DNA of 20,000 nucleotides. Source: Folioceros fuciformis. Taxonomy: Eukaryota. Of the stretch, positions 9,004 to 19,955 are shown piece after piece; within the stretch, counting starts at the first letter, position 1, and every line of letters begins with the position of its first letter. The notes under the pieces are model-generated. The model was given only the letters and a program-made list of their open reading frames with translations, did not search any database and had not been told where the DNA came from. The DNA is taken from assembly GCA_049999805.1 (NCBI GenBank), contig JBNGIO010005880.1, positions 102,173-122,172 on the forward strand, written 5' to 3'. The position numbers and the translations under genes are program-made.

Positions 9004-9295
9004 TTGAGAGTTTTGCGCCATTGCGGAGCTGTAGCGGCTGGAGCTCGAGGCTCGTGTAGGGATAATTCTCTAGTTGGGGGGAGAGTCTGGCGGTGAGGAA
9101 TAAGAATCCGTGGATGCTGTAGGCAGTAGAACGTTTGGGAGCTGGCGGCGGCGAGAGTGCAAGGTTTGTGTGGAGTGGGAAGTTTCGTTTCACAGGTGTG
9201 AATTGCGCCCAATCCGCAAGATTGCTTCGGCTTTATGTGTTCGAGCGGATTGGAAGATTTGCCGCTCGGGCTGGTGTGGTTGGATTTGAGGCTTC

Positions 9296-11447
9296 ATGGG
9301 GGAGCCTGGTCTGAAGGACAGGTATAGTCNNNNNNNNNNNNNNNNNNNNNNNNNNNNNNNNNNNNNNNNNNNNNNNNNNNNNNNNNNNNNNNNNNNNNNN
9401 NNNNNNNNNNNNNNNNNNNNNNNNNNNNNCAGGTATAGTCATCGGGTCAAGGTGGATTCGGGGGTGGAGGTGGAGGATTTGGTAGAGCATCAGGGAATTG
9501 GAGTGGAGCAGCGCAAGAGAAAATTCCGAAATGTTTGCACGGCTTTCGTGTTCGCGTGCGTCGTGGCTGCGCTTTTGACAGCGAGGAGCTGGCAGGCATC
9601 TGGAGGTGCGTGTCTGATGTATCTCATGTTGTCCTGTGTGCAAAGCGGCATCGTTCCTTTCGGCCTGGGATTGAGGACACAATTTGTTTCGTGCTGTAGG
9701 CTCGGCGTATCCTCTCGCGATAAGCAGGGATCGGCTTGGAGAGAGGCTTCATATCACTCAGGACAACGACCTTGGACTTCCGCTAGATGAGGCAAGTCGC
9801 GACCCGGTAATTGAAAATGTGGTCGCGCTTCCCAACAAAGGTTTACTGCTGCTGCTCAGTTTGCCATACAGATTTCACCTCCCCCGAAAAGAACGACTCT
9901 CTTGCCGTTTCGGGAACCAGACCTTCACGGATGTCTTGAGCGCGGAGGTGTACAAGTCAAGGGGTGGTGTTGTTAGGTGTCCGTATCCGAGTGCGGGATC
10001 CGTGTGGACGGCTAGGAATGTGACGGTGGTGGTCGGCAATGGCCTCGCTTATTATCCAGCGAAATTGGCGTACAGGCAGCCACTGACATGGAACTTTCTT
10101 GTGTATGATATTTGGCCCACTCAAGTAGATGTCGTTCTGTTTGCGAAAGGCCTTAAACGTATCAGGGACAGTGAAGGCTTGCTGACCGTACAGTGCATTT
10201 ATGATAGAAAGGTCCATGTACCGGTCACAGACGCCGCCCAGGAGGTATTCAGGTGTCCACATCCAGATGCCTCCGAAAGAGAGGAACTTTTGGGTCAACC
10301 TGTGACACTCATGGTGAATGGCGTGCTTGTGCCGTCAGTCGTCAGGTATGAGTGTGATAACAATGTGCTCAAGCACGGTACTAAATCCCGGCACTCGGGG
10401 TCAGGCGTTGTGTCCCATGGCAACGACGAGTACGCCTCCCTTGCTGCAGCGGGGTGTCAAGATTATGTGCGAGGTGGTGCAGTATCGAGGGCTTTGCATA
10501 CTACAGAGAAGCACTTCCTCTGCTCCTGCAACCTCATTAGAGACGGAGCCAAGTTTCTCGAGGAGTGGGTTACGTACCACTCGCATCTGGGGGTAAGCAA
10601 GTTTTTCTTCTACGACAACAACAGTGACGATGAGATTGAGGACGTTATTGCAGGGTTGGTCTCAAGCAATTATCAAGTAACGAGAGTCATTTGGCCCTGG
10701 ATCAAAAACCAAGAAGCTGGATTTGGGCACTGTGCTCTTCTGGCAGCGCAGGAATGCACTTGGATGATGTATGCCGACGTGGACGAATTCGCTTTTCCCA
10801 AAATGTGGCTCAACTTATCTTCTCCTACATCCATCAGTGGAATGCATGAAGACAGCTGTTCGGAATCTAATGTCGGTCCTCGTGAGGGCAGCAGAAAAAA
10901 ACAGGAGGGACCTCTAATATCCCTCATCCAAGAGGCTGCTCCATATGGCAAGGGCTTGGAAAAGGTCGGACAAGTGTCGCTTTACTGCCGAGACTTTGGT
11001 CCATCGGGTCTGATGGCTCATCCTGTTCAGGGTGTAACAGTGGGGTACTCTTGCAGACTCAATGCTTCCCCTAGGCACAAATCCATCGTGCTCTTGGAGG
11101 CTATCGACAAATCACTGAGAAATGTGATCCACCATTTCGATTTGGGTTCTGGGTATCGCACTGTCAAATTGCTTACAAACAAAGCAGTGTTCAATCACTA
11201 CAAGTTCCAAGCATGGGATGAGTTCAAGTCGAAGTACAAGCAACGGGTGTCAGCTTATGTTCCAGATTGGACCGATTCCAAATCTTCTAATTCCCAAGAC
11301 AAAGTGTCTTTGCTTGGCAAAACAGCAGTGAGGCCTGATGATTGGGAAACGCAGTTCTGTGAAGTGGAAGACACTGCATTAAGAGACTATGTTCTGAAAG
11401 TATTTGTAGTTTGCAATGAGCCAGAGTCAAAAATGATTTGGCAATGA
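9296..11447 (+). CDS. Glycosyltransferase family 92 (DUF23) protein, type II membrane; exons 9296-9605 and 9700-11447
   Basis: Exon 1 encodes a basic patch and TM anchor (KRKFRNVCTAFVFACVVAALLTA). The GT-AG intron 9606-9699 (94 nt, phase 1) joins in frame to the 587-aa ORF. GT92 motifs present: AQEVFRCPHP, AKFLEEWVTYHSHLGVSKFFFYDNNSDD, WPWIKNQEAGFGHCA, DxD motif WMMYADVDEF, RHKSIV, NVIHHF and NHYKFQAWDEFK. The protein is ~648 aa if the N gap is collapsed. Confidence 0.92.
9330..9429. other. Assembly gap (100 N) flanked by an exact 11-bp direct repeat caggtatagtc
   Basis: caggtatagtc at 9319-9329 and 9430-9440. Confidence 0.97.
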
Positions 11448-11881
11448 CTGGCAGTTGCAGGCATGGCCCTCGGGTTTTCAATATGAGGAGGTAAAGGTCA
11501 CGCTGTTTTTCCGAGTGGTACGATTGTTTCCTTCCCACTTACAGAGGAACCAACATATGGAGTCTCACAGGCACTCGTGAACTGCTCAAATGCTGGCATG
11601 CTCGCGCCCTCTTAGGAATATTGGACAGTTCAGTTCACATCGTGTATTTGTACGGTTCGCACACACGCAAGTACAAGCAAAATGTCCCTCCACCAAAAGT
11701 GAGCCATGGCCACCTAGTGCCCCCAGCCTACTAGTATGGATATACCCTACACTTTTGCAACCAACCCGCATGGAGTGGTCATGACTCACGCTTAGCACCG
11801 CAAACTCTAACTTAAAATTTGTATGTAGCATTCCCTACAAACTAGGCTGGACATGGCCTTGCAACCGACGCATATCCCACG

Positions 11882-11918
11882 GTAGGAGTATAATGGGGAG
11901 TAGGAGTATAATGGGGAG
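11882..11918. repeat. 18-bp tandem duplication (gtaggagtataatgggga x2)
   Basis: Read directly. Confidence 0.9.
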
Positions 11919-12125
11919 ACCGTTGGAGTTTGGGTCACATCACAAGACATGCTTGTTTCTAGTCTAGCCGTGCGTAATCAAAACATTGTTCTTCTACAAA
12001 TTGAAAATGATCACTATCTTTAAAATCATTGCAAAATATAACTTTCATGAAAAGTGTGTGTACAACATTGCAGCCTACATATTTGATGACCTTGTTCTTG
12101 GGTTTCTAGACATATACCGCATGTT

Positions 12126-12211
12126 TCATGTGGGATTTGGAAATAAAGAATTTCTTAGATAAGGTTGTCATGTGGGATTTGGAAATAAAGAATTTCTTAG
12201 ATAAGGTTGTC
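12126..12211. repeat. Perfect 42-bp tandem duplication
   Basis: atgtgggatttggaaataaagaatttcttagataaggttgtc at 12128-12169 and 12170-12211. Confidence 0.95.
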
Positions 12212-12214
12212 CCG

Positions 12215-12520
12215 ATAATATTGAAGAAAGTCATGTTGTTTGCACCAACGTCGACCCATTTAGAACTTCGTCTAGAAGATTCTCCATTCGATGTTGCAAT
12301 CCTCTACTTCATTTTGCACTTTCTACATTTCATTTAACATATGCTCTCTCTCAAGAACAATACTTCTAAGTATCTCTTGTAAACTTTCAAGAATGTCTTC
12401 GATTCTAGGTCTCACAGTCAAAGTTTTGAGAAGATTAAGCCTATATCTATTTTATGGTGATGAGATTCTTATTTGGCCATATCTTGTTGATGAAATGATC
12501 CAATGGGCATAAAAGCTTTG
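12215..12520 (-). mobile_element. Possible highly degenerate LINE (L1-type ORF2 linker) relic
   Basis: The minus strand around 12270-12225 reads RRSSKWVDVGANNMTFF, resembling the RSRxxWxxxGDxNTKFF motif of plant L1 ORF2. An A-rich, charged stretch with stops precedes it. Boundaries are approximate. Confidence 0.3.
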
Positions 12521-13488
12521 GCTAGATAAGTTGACCACACCGCTGTTCTCTTCTTTTGTTTTTCATACTAGGATTTATTTAAACATGCTCTCACATAATG
12601 TGCTCATAAGCTTAGCTCATAAGTGACTTAACTTGTGCCTTAAGCCCTTTGAACAACAATAACTTATGGTTCACCTTGTTAGCCATGTTGACAATGAGAG
12701 CTATGATATACAGTTCAACTTGCCATTTACAGCGCTAGCTAGGCTTTAGTGTAGCTCTCTTCTGTAGATCTTTCTTTCATAGCTCACTTCTAATTTGACA
12801 TAATCAAAGTTATACTAGTCGTAAGGATCAAGTTGTAACACTGTTACAAGGATTTTTTTTTCCAAGACTACAATTAATTTAATGAACTTAAATTTAATTA
12901 CTTTAATTTTGTGCAACTTAATGTAAAAGAAAGTGTATGGGTCAACTCTACGAGACTGAATCAACCTTTGTGAAATGGGATTTTGTGTCTAAGGACACAA
13001 GGAGGTCCACATTCACTCTCTATGTCGATGCAGTCCTAGGATTCATTCCCAAGGGAATGGTTTGTGTCAAGATGTTCCAAATCTATAAATTCTAATCTTA
13101 CTACAATCAGTTCCTACCTAGACGTAATCAACCACCGTACCACTACCAAACTTGGCTTCACCACCATAGTGGATTTAGCTATCATGGTGGGACCCACCCG
13201 TTCGATACACGGGCATCACAGTCTCTAGATGGCACGGATTTTCCTACCATGTCTGTAAGGGAGCTATGGCCTGTGCATACTAATTCTCATGCACGCTAGG
13301 CCACACTAATGTAATTTCAATCCCAAATCTCACTGGTAGATGCACATTAGGGTCACACACGCCACAACACTTCCCTCTATCGCTGATTCTCACTAATTCC
13401 CCACACAATTTATACTCAATATTCCTCGGCACTCCACGTTTCCAGGTACTCACACTCCACCATGCACAAAATACCCACACAATTCTCA

Positions 13489-13660
13489 TCTCAGGTCACA
13501 CAGACCCTTCCTCAGGTCACACAAACCCCTCGCCACATCACACAAACCTCACCTTGGCTCACACAAACCCCTCCTCACGTCACACAACCTCACCTTGGGC
13601 CACATAGACCCCTCCTCAAGTCACACAAACCTCACCTTGGGCCAAACAACCCCTCCTTAG
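13489..13660. repeat. Degenerate ~20-21-bp minisatellite (consensus ~ctcaggtcacacaaacccctc), ~8 units
   Basis: Recurring [t/c]cacacaaacc cores. Two sub-types alternate (...cctcaggtc... and ...caccttgggc...). Confidence 0.85.
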
Positions 13661-14273
13661 AATTAAACACGATCTAGTTAGACATCGGGATGGAAAGGGG
13701 GAAAATTATATAGTTGATTTACTTCACAGGTGTTTCGCGAACTCGCATTCCCACCCCATCTCTTGTAGAAATTTTCCTCCCTTGCCAGGTGCTGAACACC
13801 CTTCACCACTTATCACCCCAGTCATGGAGCTTGGTCACATAGCTCTCGACCACCCATGGATCTCCCTGGTCCTCTTGTGACAAGAGGACAGCACACCAAA
13901 CCAAGCTATCATTGATCAGATGACTCCAACCCACAACAAACACAAATTCAACACACAAGAGCTTACACGTAAATTGTCTAAAGAGAGAGACGCAACAAGA
14001 TCTCTTGTACATCTAGAGTTGTAGCGCCATTACTCTCACAACTTTCCAAAGTCTAAAAACAACTAGCCTATCACGGCGCACCCCTAAATTCAGCATCAAC
14101 CAAGAGACCAAGGGAACCAAGGGATGCTGAATTTAGTCTTGTTTTTTTTTTTTTTTTTCCTATCCATTTTGGTATTAGAAGATAGTATCTTCTAATCCCA
14201 AAAGAAAATTCTGACCTATGATGCTTTCTGAATTAGCGTACTCGCCTCCATTGTGGCCACCTAGCCCTCTGGC

Positions 14274-14284
14274 CTCTGATACCA
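14274..14284 (-). promoter_or_regulatory. LTR-retrotransposon primer binding site (tRNA-iMet), TGGTATCAGAG on minus strand
   Basis: The + strand has ctctgatacca at 14274-14284. On the minus strand it follows ...CCATTGCA-tta, i.e. a CA LTR end 3 nt upstream (+ strand TG at 14288). Confidence 0.7.
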
Positions 14285-15629
14285 TAATGCAATGGAAGCC
14301 AACAAGTCGGGGGTACGACCACGAGCACGAGAAAGCTGATGGCTTGGAAATGAAAAGCGATTATTATCAGAATTGAATAATAAGTCATATATACCAAGGT
14401 CTGTTGGTGTTGGTTATAATTGATTATGAAACTAACACATATTTAACCTAAGTATTTATAACTTAATTTTCTTTACTCATGTCCCTAGCTTCTATTTGCA
14501 TGGTGAGCGGGTGCTCACTCCAAATGTATATGTGGTGGTTGGGATAGGAGGGGGTAGAGATTACTAGCTGCACATCTTAACAACCACTGGTCGTTATCAG
14601 TGGTTCCTTCGAATGGGAGCTGGGGCATATCCTTCACAAGTGATGCTGAAAGAAATGACTAAAGAGGAGGTTAGGACATGGGTGGAGGAGCGAACAATTT
14701 GGCTATGTAGTGATGAAGAACAAGGGGACTTACGCAAAGAATGTGGATGAAGGGAATCCCCTGGGAGGAGTGAAGGGACATTGGACAATAGGAGTGAGGT
14801 GGAGGTATTATAGGAAGACCTCCCGGATCAGTGGTGCAATAAGAGGGCAAGGGGAACGGCATGATTCTACCCACGAGCAATCTCTGCAGCTATTTTGACC
14901 CACTGATGAGGAGCACTTGAAGATGCTTAGGCGTAGGACAACCCCTCGCGCCCAACGGAGGATAGTTTGGTTTGAATCCTCCCCATCTCCTATACCGATT
15001 AGTGATGGTCTCTGCTCGGACTGCTACCTGAACGAAGTCCGCGCAAGACGATCCAGTGCATCAGCAACGTCAAGAGTGAATCGCACCTCGTTGCGCTATC
15101 CTACCTCACACCCTATGAGTTCTCATCCGATAAGGCGTTCAACTGCTCCTATTTCCCGACAGTTCCACCCTCAACAAGAGTAAGACGAGCTTTTGGCCGC
15201 CAGAGCGCAGATAAGAGGACTCCAAGATTTGCTCCGCACCCTCATGAGTGGAATCAAGTAGTTGTATCTCATTTCTACCAACTATGAAGAGGAAAAGCGC
15301 GCTTGCCTTGCAACCATCTTCTCGCAGGGACGCCAGGGCGTGCCTCCATACTAATCATCTTTCGGCTTTGATATGCGTCCAGGTGCGCCTTCTCCACATC
15401 TGTCCAGACCGGATGAAGAAGAAGACTTGGGCCTAGGAGGCTTGGAACAACAAGATGGAGTAGCTCAGCTAGGCCTCGGTTCCACACCTACAACCGATGA
15501 ATCACAAGCAGCCGCTCCAACCTTTGATTTTGAAGACTTCCATAATCGTTTGAGGAACTTCTGGAGCAATGTTTCTCCTTCCCTAGGTGGCACTACCAGT
15601 GTACATAGTTTGACAAGAATCCCTTCCCA

Positions 15630-15938
15630 ATAGTAGGTAGCCTTGCTGGTGAAGTTGGGAATGAAGGATCGCTAGGGGAGCCACATGATGAAGGAGGAGA
15701 GAAGAAAGCAAGGTCTCTCACACACTCTATGTCTCTATTGCAAGGGAGCTCAAGAGGGTATTTATACCCTCTAGAAGAGCTCCCAAGGAAGCTTCACAAG
15801 AAGCTCATAGGAAGCTGTGCAAGAAGCTTCCTGAAGATTAACTTAAGCTAAGCTAATCTAAACAAATGATACTTAACTAGACACTAATCTTAGACTAAAC
15901 ACATTAGTCTAAGCACATTGGGCTTTAATAACCCTACA
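15630..15938 (-). mobile_element. 3' LTR of the copia element (left boundary uncertain)
   Basis: On the minus strand, TGTAGGG begins at 15938, directly after a purine tract (AAGTAGGAGG, 15949-15940) that follows the pol stop. TATAAATA lies on the minus strand at 15766-15759. Confidence 0.6.
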
Positions 15939-15980
15939 ACCTCCTACTTAAAGGCCAATTTACCTTCATAGGAGAGTGGT

Positions 15981-18430
15981 TTACCTCATGCCCATGAGTG
16001 TCCGAGCTTGTGCGAATTGCTCCGTAGAGAGCCTCTTGGTAAGAATATCTGTAGGGTTCTAACTGGTGTGAACTTTGACAAGTTGTACCCTCTTGTCTTC
16101 CAACACCTTTCGGATGAAGTGATACTTCACTTCCACATGTTTGGTCTTCGCATGAAACACTGGATTCTTCGCCGATTGGATAGCATTATGGTTATCACAA
16201 TGCAACACTGGCAGCTCAACCTTAATCCCCAAGTCTCCCACTAAACGAGCAAGCCACATGGCTTCCTTGCAATCCTCAGTCGCTGCAACATACTCGGCCT
16301 CTGTGGTAGATAGCGTTATGCACAATTGCAAACGAGATCGCCATGAGATTGCCTCTCTAGTGCACATGAAGACATAACCTGATTATGGACCTCCTTTTGT
16401 CCATATCCCCTGCATAATCAGCATCCGTATATCCAACGACAGATGCATCTTCACTACCAAAACATATGCACAAAGATTTTATACCATTTAAATACATCAT
16501 AACTCCTTTTACTGCCTCCCAATGCTTCTTGCCAGGGTTTGACATAAACTTGCTAACCACTCCCACTGCAAAAGCAATGTTAGGACGTGTAGCAATCATT
16601 GCATACATCAAACTCCCTATAGCTAATGAGTATGGAACCTTTTCCATTTCAGCTTTGTCCTCCGCAGAGCTCGGGCAATCCTTGCTCGAAAGTTTCACAT
16701 ATGGAGGCAACGGAGTACTCAATACCTTCCCTTTCTCCATGTTGAAACGTTGAAGCACCCTGTTAATGTACTCAGTCTGAGACAAGTAAAGCAAATGTCT
16801 ATGTCTGTCTCGACGAATACGCATGCTAAGAATATGGTTGGCCTCTCCTATGTCTGTCATATCAAAGCAAGCATTCAACTTTGACTTCAATGCTGAAATC
16901 TCATCACTGCTATTCCTAGCAATTAGCATATCATCCACATAAAGGATCAAAATGAGCAAGCTTCCATCCTTAGCTTGCTTGTAGGCAATGATCCTCATCG
17001 CTACGTTTGTAGCCTTGAGAAAGCATAAATGAGTGGAACTTGTAAATACCACTCTTTGGGTGCCTATTTCAAACCATAAAGGCTCTTCTTTAACCTGCAC
17101 ACCATATTCTCTTTGCCCTTCCCACTGAAACCCTCTGGTTGCTGCATGTATACCTCTTCTTGGAGATCACCATGTAGAAATACCAACTTCACATCCATCT
17201 GGACAAGTTCCATGTCATTCCTCGCAACCAGAGCAAGAACACATCGCAAAGTGGTCATTTTGACAATTGATGAGAAAATCTCATCAAAGTCAATACCTTG
17301 CTATTGCTTAAAACCCTTAGCAACCAATTGTGCCTCATACTTGGGTTTGCCATCATGGGGTATGACCTTCATCTTATCCACCCATTTGCATGGCAATGCC
17401 TTCTTACTCCTAGGCAACTGAACCAACTCCCAAGTTTGGTTTTTATGGAGCGGATCCATTTGCGACTGCATCGCCTTCTCCCACTGTCCTTGTCAATCAC
17501 TAACATGGCCTCTTTGTAACAAGAGGGCTCTCCACAATCCGTCAGCATAACATAATCAAGAGATGCAACATACTTGTCAGGAGGACGTGAAATCCTTCTT
17601 GACCTACGAAGCACAGGCACCTCGATCGGAGCTGGTTGCACTCTCTTCTTCTACAAGTGGAGGAACGGGTTCCTGCACATCACAACGTTCAACTTGCGCG
17701 TGACGGTCAAATCCATCTTCTTGGAAGACCACTCGTCGCACTTCCACAATTGGAGTAGGCATCTTGTGCATTTTGTTCTCATTGAAGAACGCGTCATTGC
17801 TGCGAACAACCTTCTTGGCTTCTAGATCCCATAAACGGTATCCCATCTCACTAGAGTCACCATAGCCAAGAAAAATACATTTTTTGGACTTGGATGCCAG
17901 CTTGTCCCGAAACTCCTTTGGAACATGCTAGTATGCCTCGCAGCCAAATGCTCGTAGATGCTTGTAAGACGGCTTCTTTCCAGACCACAACTCTTCTGGG
18001 AACCTATTCATCCACAGCCTTATTAGGAGATCAATTAATAAGATGCACTGCAGTAGACACTGCTTCTGCCCAAAATCCGTTAAGCAATCCAGAGTTTGAC
18101 AACAAACTACGCATCCTCTCCTAGATGGTCCTGTTCATCCGTTCAGCCACACCATTATGGGGAGGAGTATATGGGAAAGTCAATTCTCTCTTGATTCCCT
18201 TGGAATCACAGAATGATTGGAAAGCCTTTGAAACGTACTCTCCAACATTGTCTGTCCTTAGATACTTTAGTCGGAGGCTAGACTGATTCTCCACAAGGGT
18301 GACAAATTTCTGAAACACTATCAAAACATCATCCTTTTTCCTCAAAGCATAAACCCACACCTTGCATGAGAAATCATTTATGAAAGTGACAAAATAGGAT
18401 GCACGGCCTAATGATGCAGTGGGCATAGGT
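15981..18430 (-). mobile_element. Degenerate Ty1/copia LTR retrotransposon pol (integrase-RT-RNase H), 5'-truncated pseudogene
   Basis: Integrase: YFVTFINDFS..VWVY, LRTDNVGEY, PYTPPHNGVAERMNRTI, GYRLWD. RT: QMDVKLVFLHGDLQEEVYMQQPEGF, LKKSLYGLK, LYVDDMLI, IGSLMYAMIATRPNI. RNase H: GYTDADYAGD, LSTTEAEYVA, CDN..AI...KNPVFHAKTKHVEVKYHFIR, NPTDILTK, with the stop at 15981-15983. The INT-RT-RH order defines copia. There are many stops and frameshifts. Confidence 0.97.
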
Positions 18431-18438
18431 TGGGTAGG

Positions 18439-18472
18439 GTTTTGAGTTTGGGCAAGGACCCAAACTCAAAAC
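18439..18472. repeat. Perfect 14-bp inverted repeat with 6-nt loop at the copia truncation point
   Basis: gttttgagtttggg-caagga-cccaaactcaaaac. Confidence 0.9.
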
Positions 18473-18623
18473 TAAAACTCATAGGGCCAAGGAGCTTTTA
18501 GGTATAATTACCTCAGCCTACTCACAACCAAACTCGATTTCACACCCAACTTAGCAGAAAAACAAAAAAAATCACCCAATCGCACACATGAGCAAGGAGT
18601 TCCCTAGTTATCAGGTAATTCAC

Positions 18624-18933
18624 ACACACCCTCTTTTTTTAATATTTTGATTTAATTTATATGTCAATATGAAGCAAGAATAGGTGAAATAAGGCCATTC
18701 GTGCCAAATTGTCGGACTTGATATAAAGCCAAAACCAGGTTGGGCATATGAGAATTCATGGATTTAGATTGTATTAAAACACACCCTCCTTTTCTAATAT
18801 TTTGATTTAATTTACACGTCAGTATGAAGGACGAACAGTTGAAATAAGGCCATTCGTGCCAAATTGTCGGACTTGATATAAAGCCAGAACCAGGCTGGGC
18901 ATATGAGAATTCATGGATTTAGATTGCATTAAA
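18624..18933. repeat. 155-bp tandem duplication, 2 diverged copies
   Basis: Copies start at 18624 and 18779. The anchor gaaataaggccattcgtgccaaattgtcggacttgatataaagcc is at 18686 and 18841. Confidence 0.95.
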
Positions 18934-19793
18934 CTTAGGTGACAGTAATTCGACAGAATGTTATTACAAGTATGTCAACAATGATGAGGCATGATGGGTT
19001 GGCAAACCAGCATAACAATACTAAAGTGACTCCAGTAGCATCAAATGACATTAGATAGAAGGAATGACTTACAAACTTACACATATATGGACTAATGTTA
19101 GTACCGTTGGGTGTTACAAGTCCTCTTCCCACACCTTTTCATTTATGCTCCTCTAGCAATTGTATTCTTCTAACTTTTGCAAGCTTCCTAATCCAATTGT
19201 CACTAAGCTTTTCAGAGTTCTAAGGTGGACTACCATCGTCATCACATCACTTTGTCACAATAATGGAGTCTACTTGTGTTCTAGATGCCAAAGAATCATA
19301 GAAGAAAATAAAGCATAACAGTCGGTTCAAAGATTATGTTGAGTTCATGGCCTAGATAGCGAAGGTAGGAGATTTGATGAAGAAGTGGGAATTGCAAATG
19401 TTCAACACCTATTGAAATCTCAATTCCAGAAGTTGGCATTTGAAGGAGTTTGCGTGTACCATGCAAGCCTTTGCACTCAAGATTGTTCACTGTTTACAAG
19501 TGAATAGTATTCAAGCCAGCTATAATAGCTGGCTTGAGATAATTTGATGATGTAAATGGTGAAGATGCTATACTAGGAGCTGTATGATAGGTTGCAACAA
19601 GAGGTGGGTAGTATTTCCTTGAGCGAACCCCACAAGGCAAGAAGACAACAGAGGCCTCTAAAGATGCCATCCTATTACATGATTCCTTCCAAACCTCAAA
19701 GGCTAAGGTATGATATTATCTTCCTCATATCTAAATGTTGCACCAGGGTGGTGGTTTAGGTAGCGGAATGCATAGGGAATTACCCTAAATGTA

Positions 19794-19955
19794 TGTGGCC
19801 TAAACCAGGTCCTGAAGGTTGGTACAACACTAAATGAGGGGGAATGGGCCGTGTGGCCTAAACCAGGTCCTAAAAGATTGGTACAACACTAAATGAGGGG
19901 GAATGGGCCGTGAGGCCTAAACCAGGTCCTGAAGGTTGGTACAACACTAAATGAG
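19794..19955. repeat. 58-59-bp tandem repeat, ~2.8 copies
   Basis: ggcctaaaccaggtcct...ttggtacaacactaaatgag starts at 19797, 19855 and 19914. Confidence 0.95.

Noticed and set aside
8432-9212. 253-aa, 196-aa and 135-aa minus-strand ORFs as genes
   Set aside because: They are low-complexity P/A/R/S sequences, open in all three frames because of GC richness and microsatellites, with no domain evidence.
9684-9699. ORF-track start of the 587-aa GT92 ORF
   Set aside because: It lies inside the inferred intron 9606-9699. The real N-terminus with its TM anchor is in exon 1.
12950-14050. Gag/protease remnant downstream of the PBS
   Set aside because: I could not find a convincing zinc-knuckle or aspartic-protease motif in the minus-strand frames.
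19794-19955. Tandem repeats (also 13489-13660 and 4909-5004) as CRISPR arrays
   Set aside because: There are no unique spacers of regular length and no cas genes, and the context is eukaryotic.
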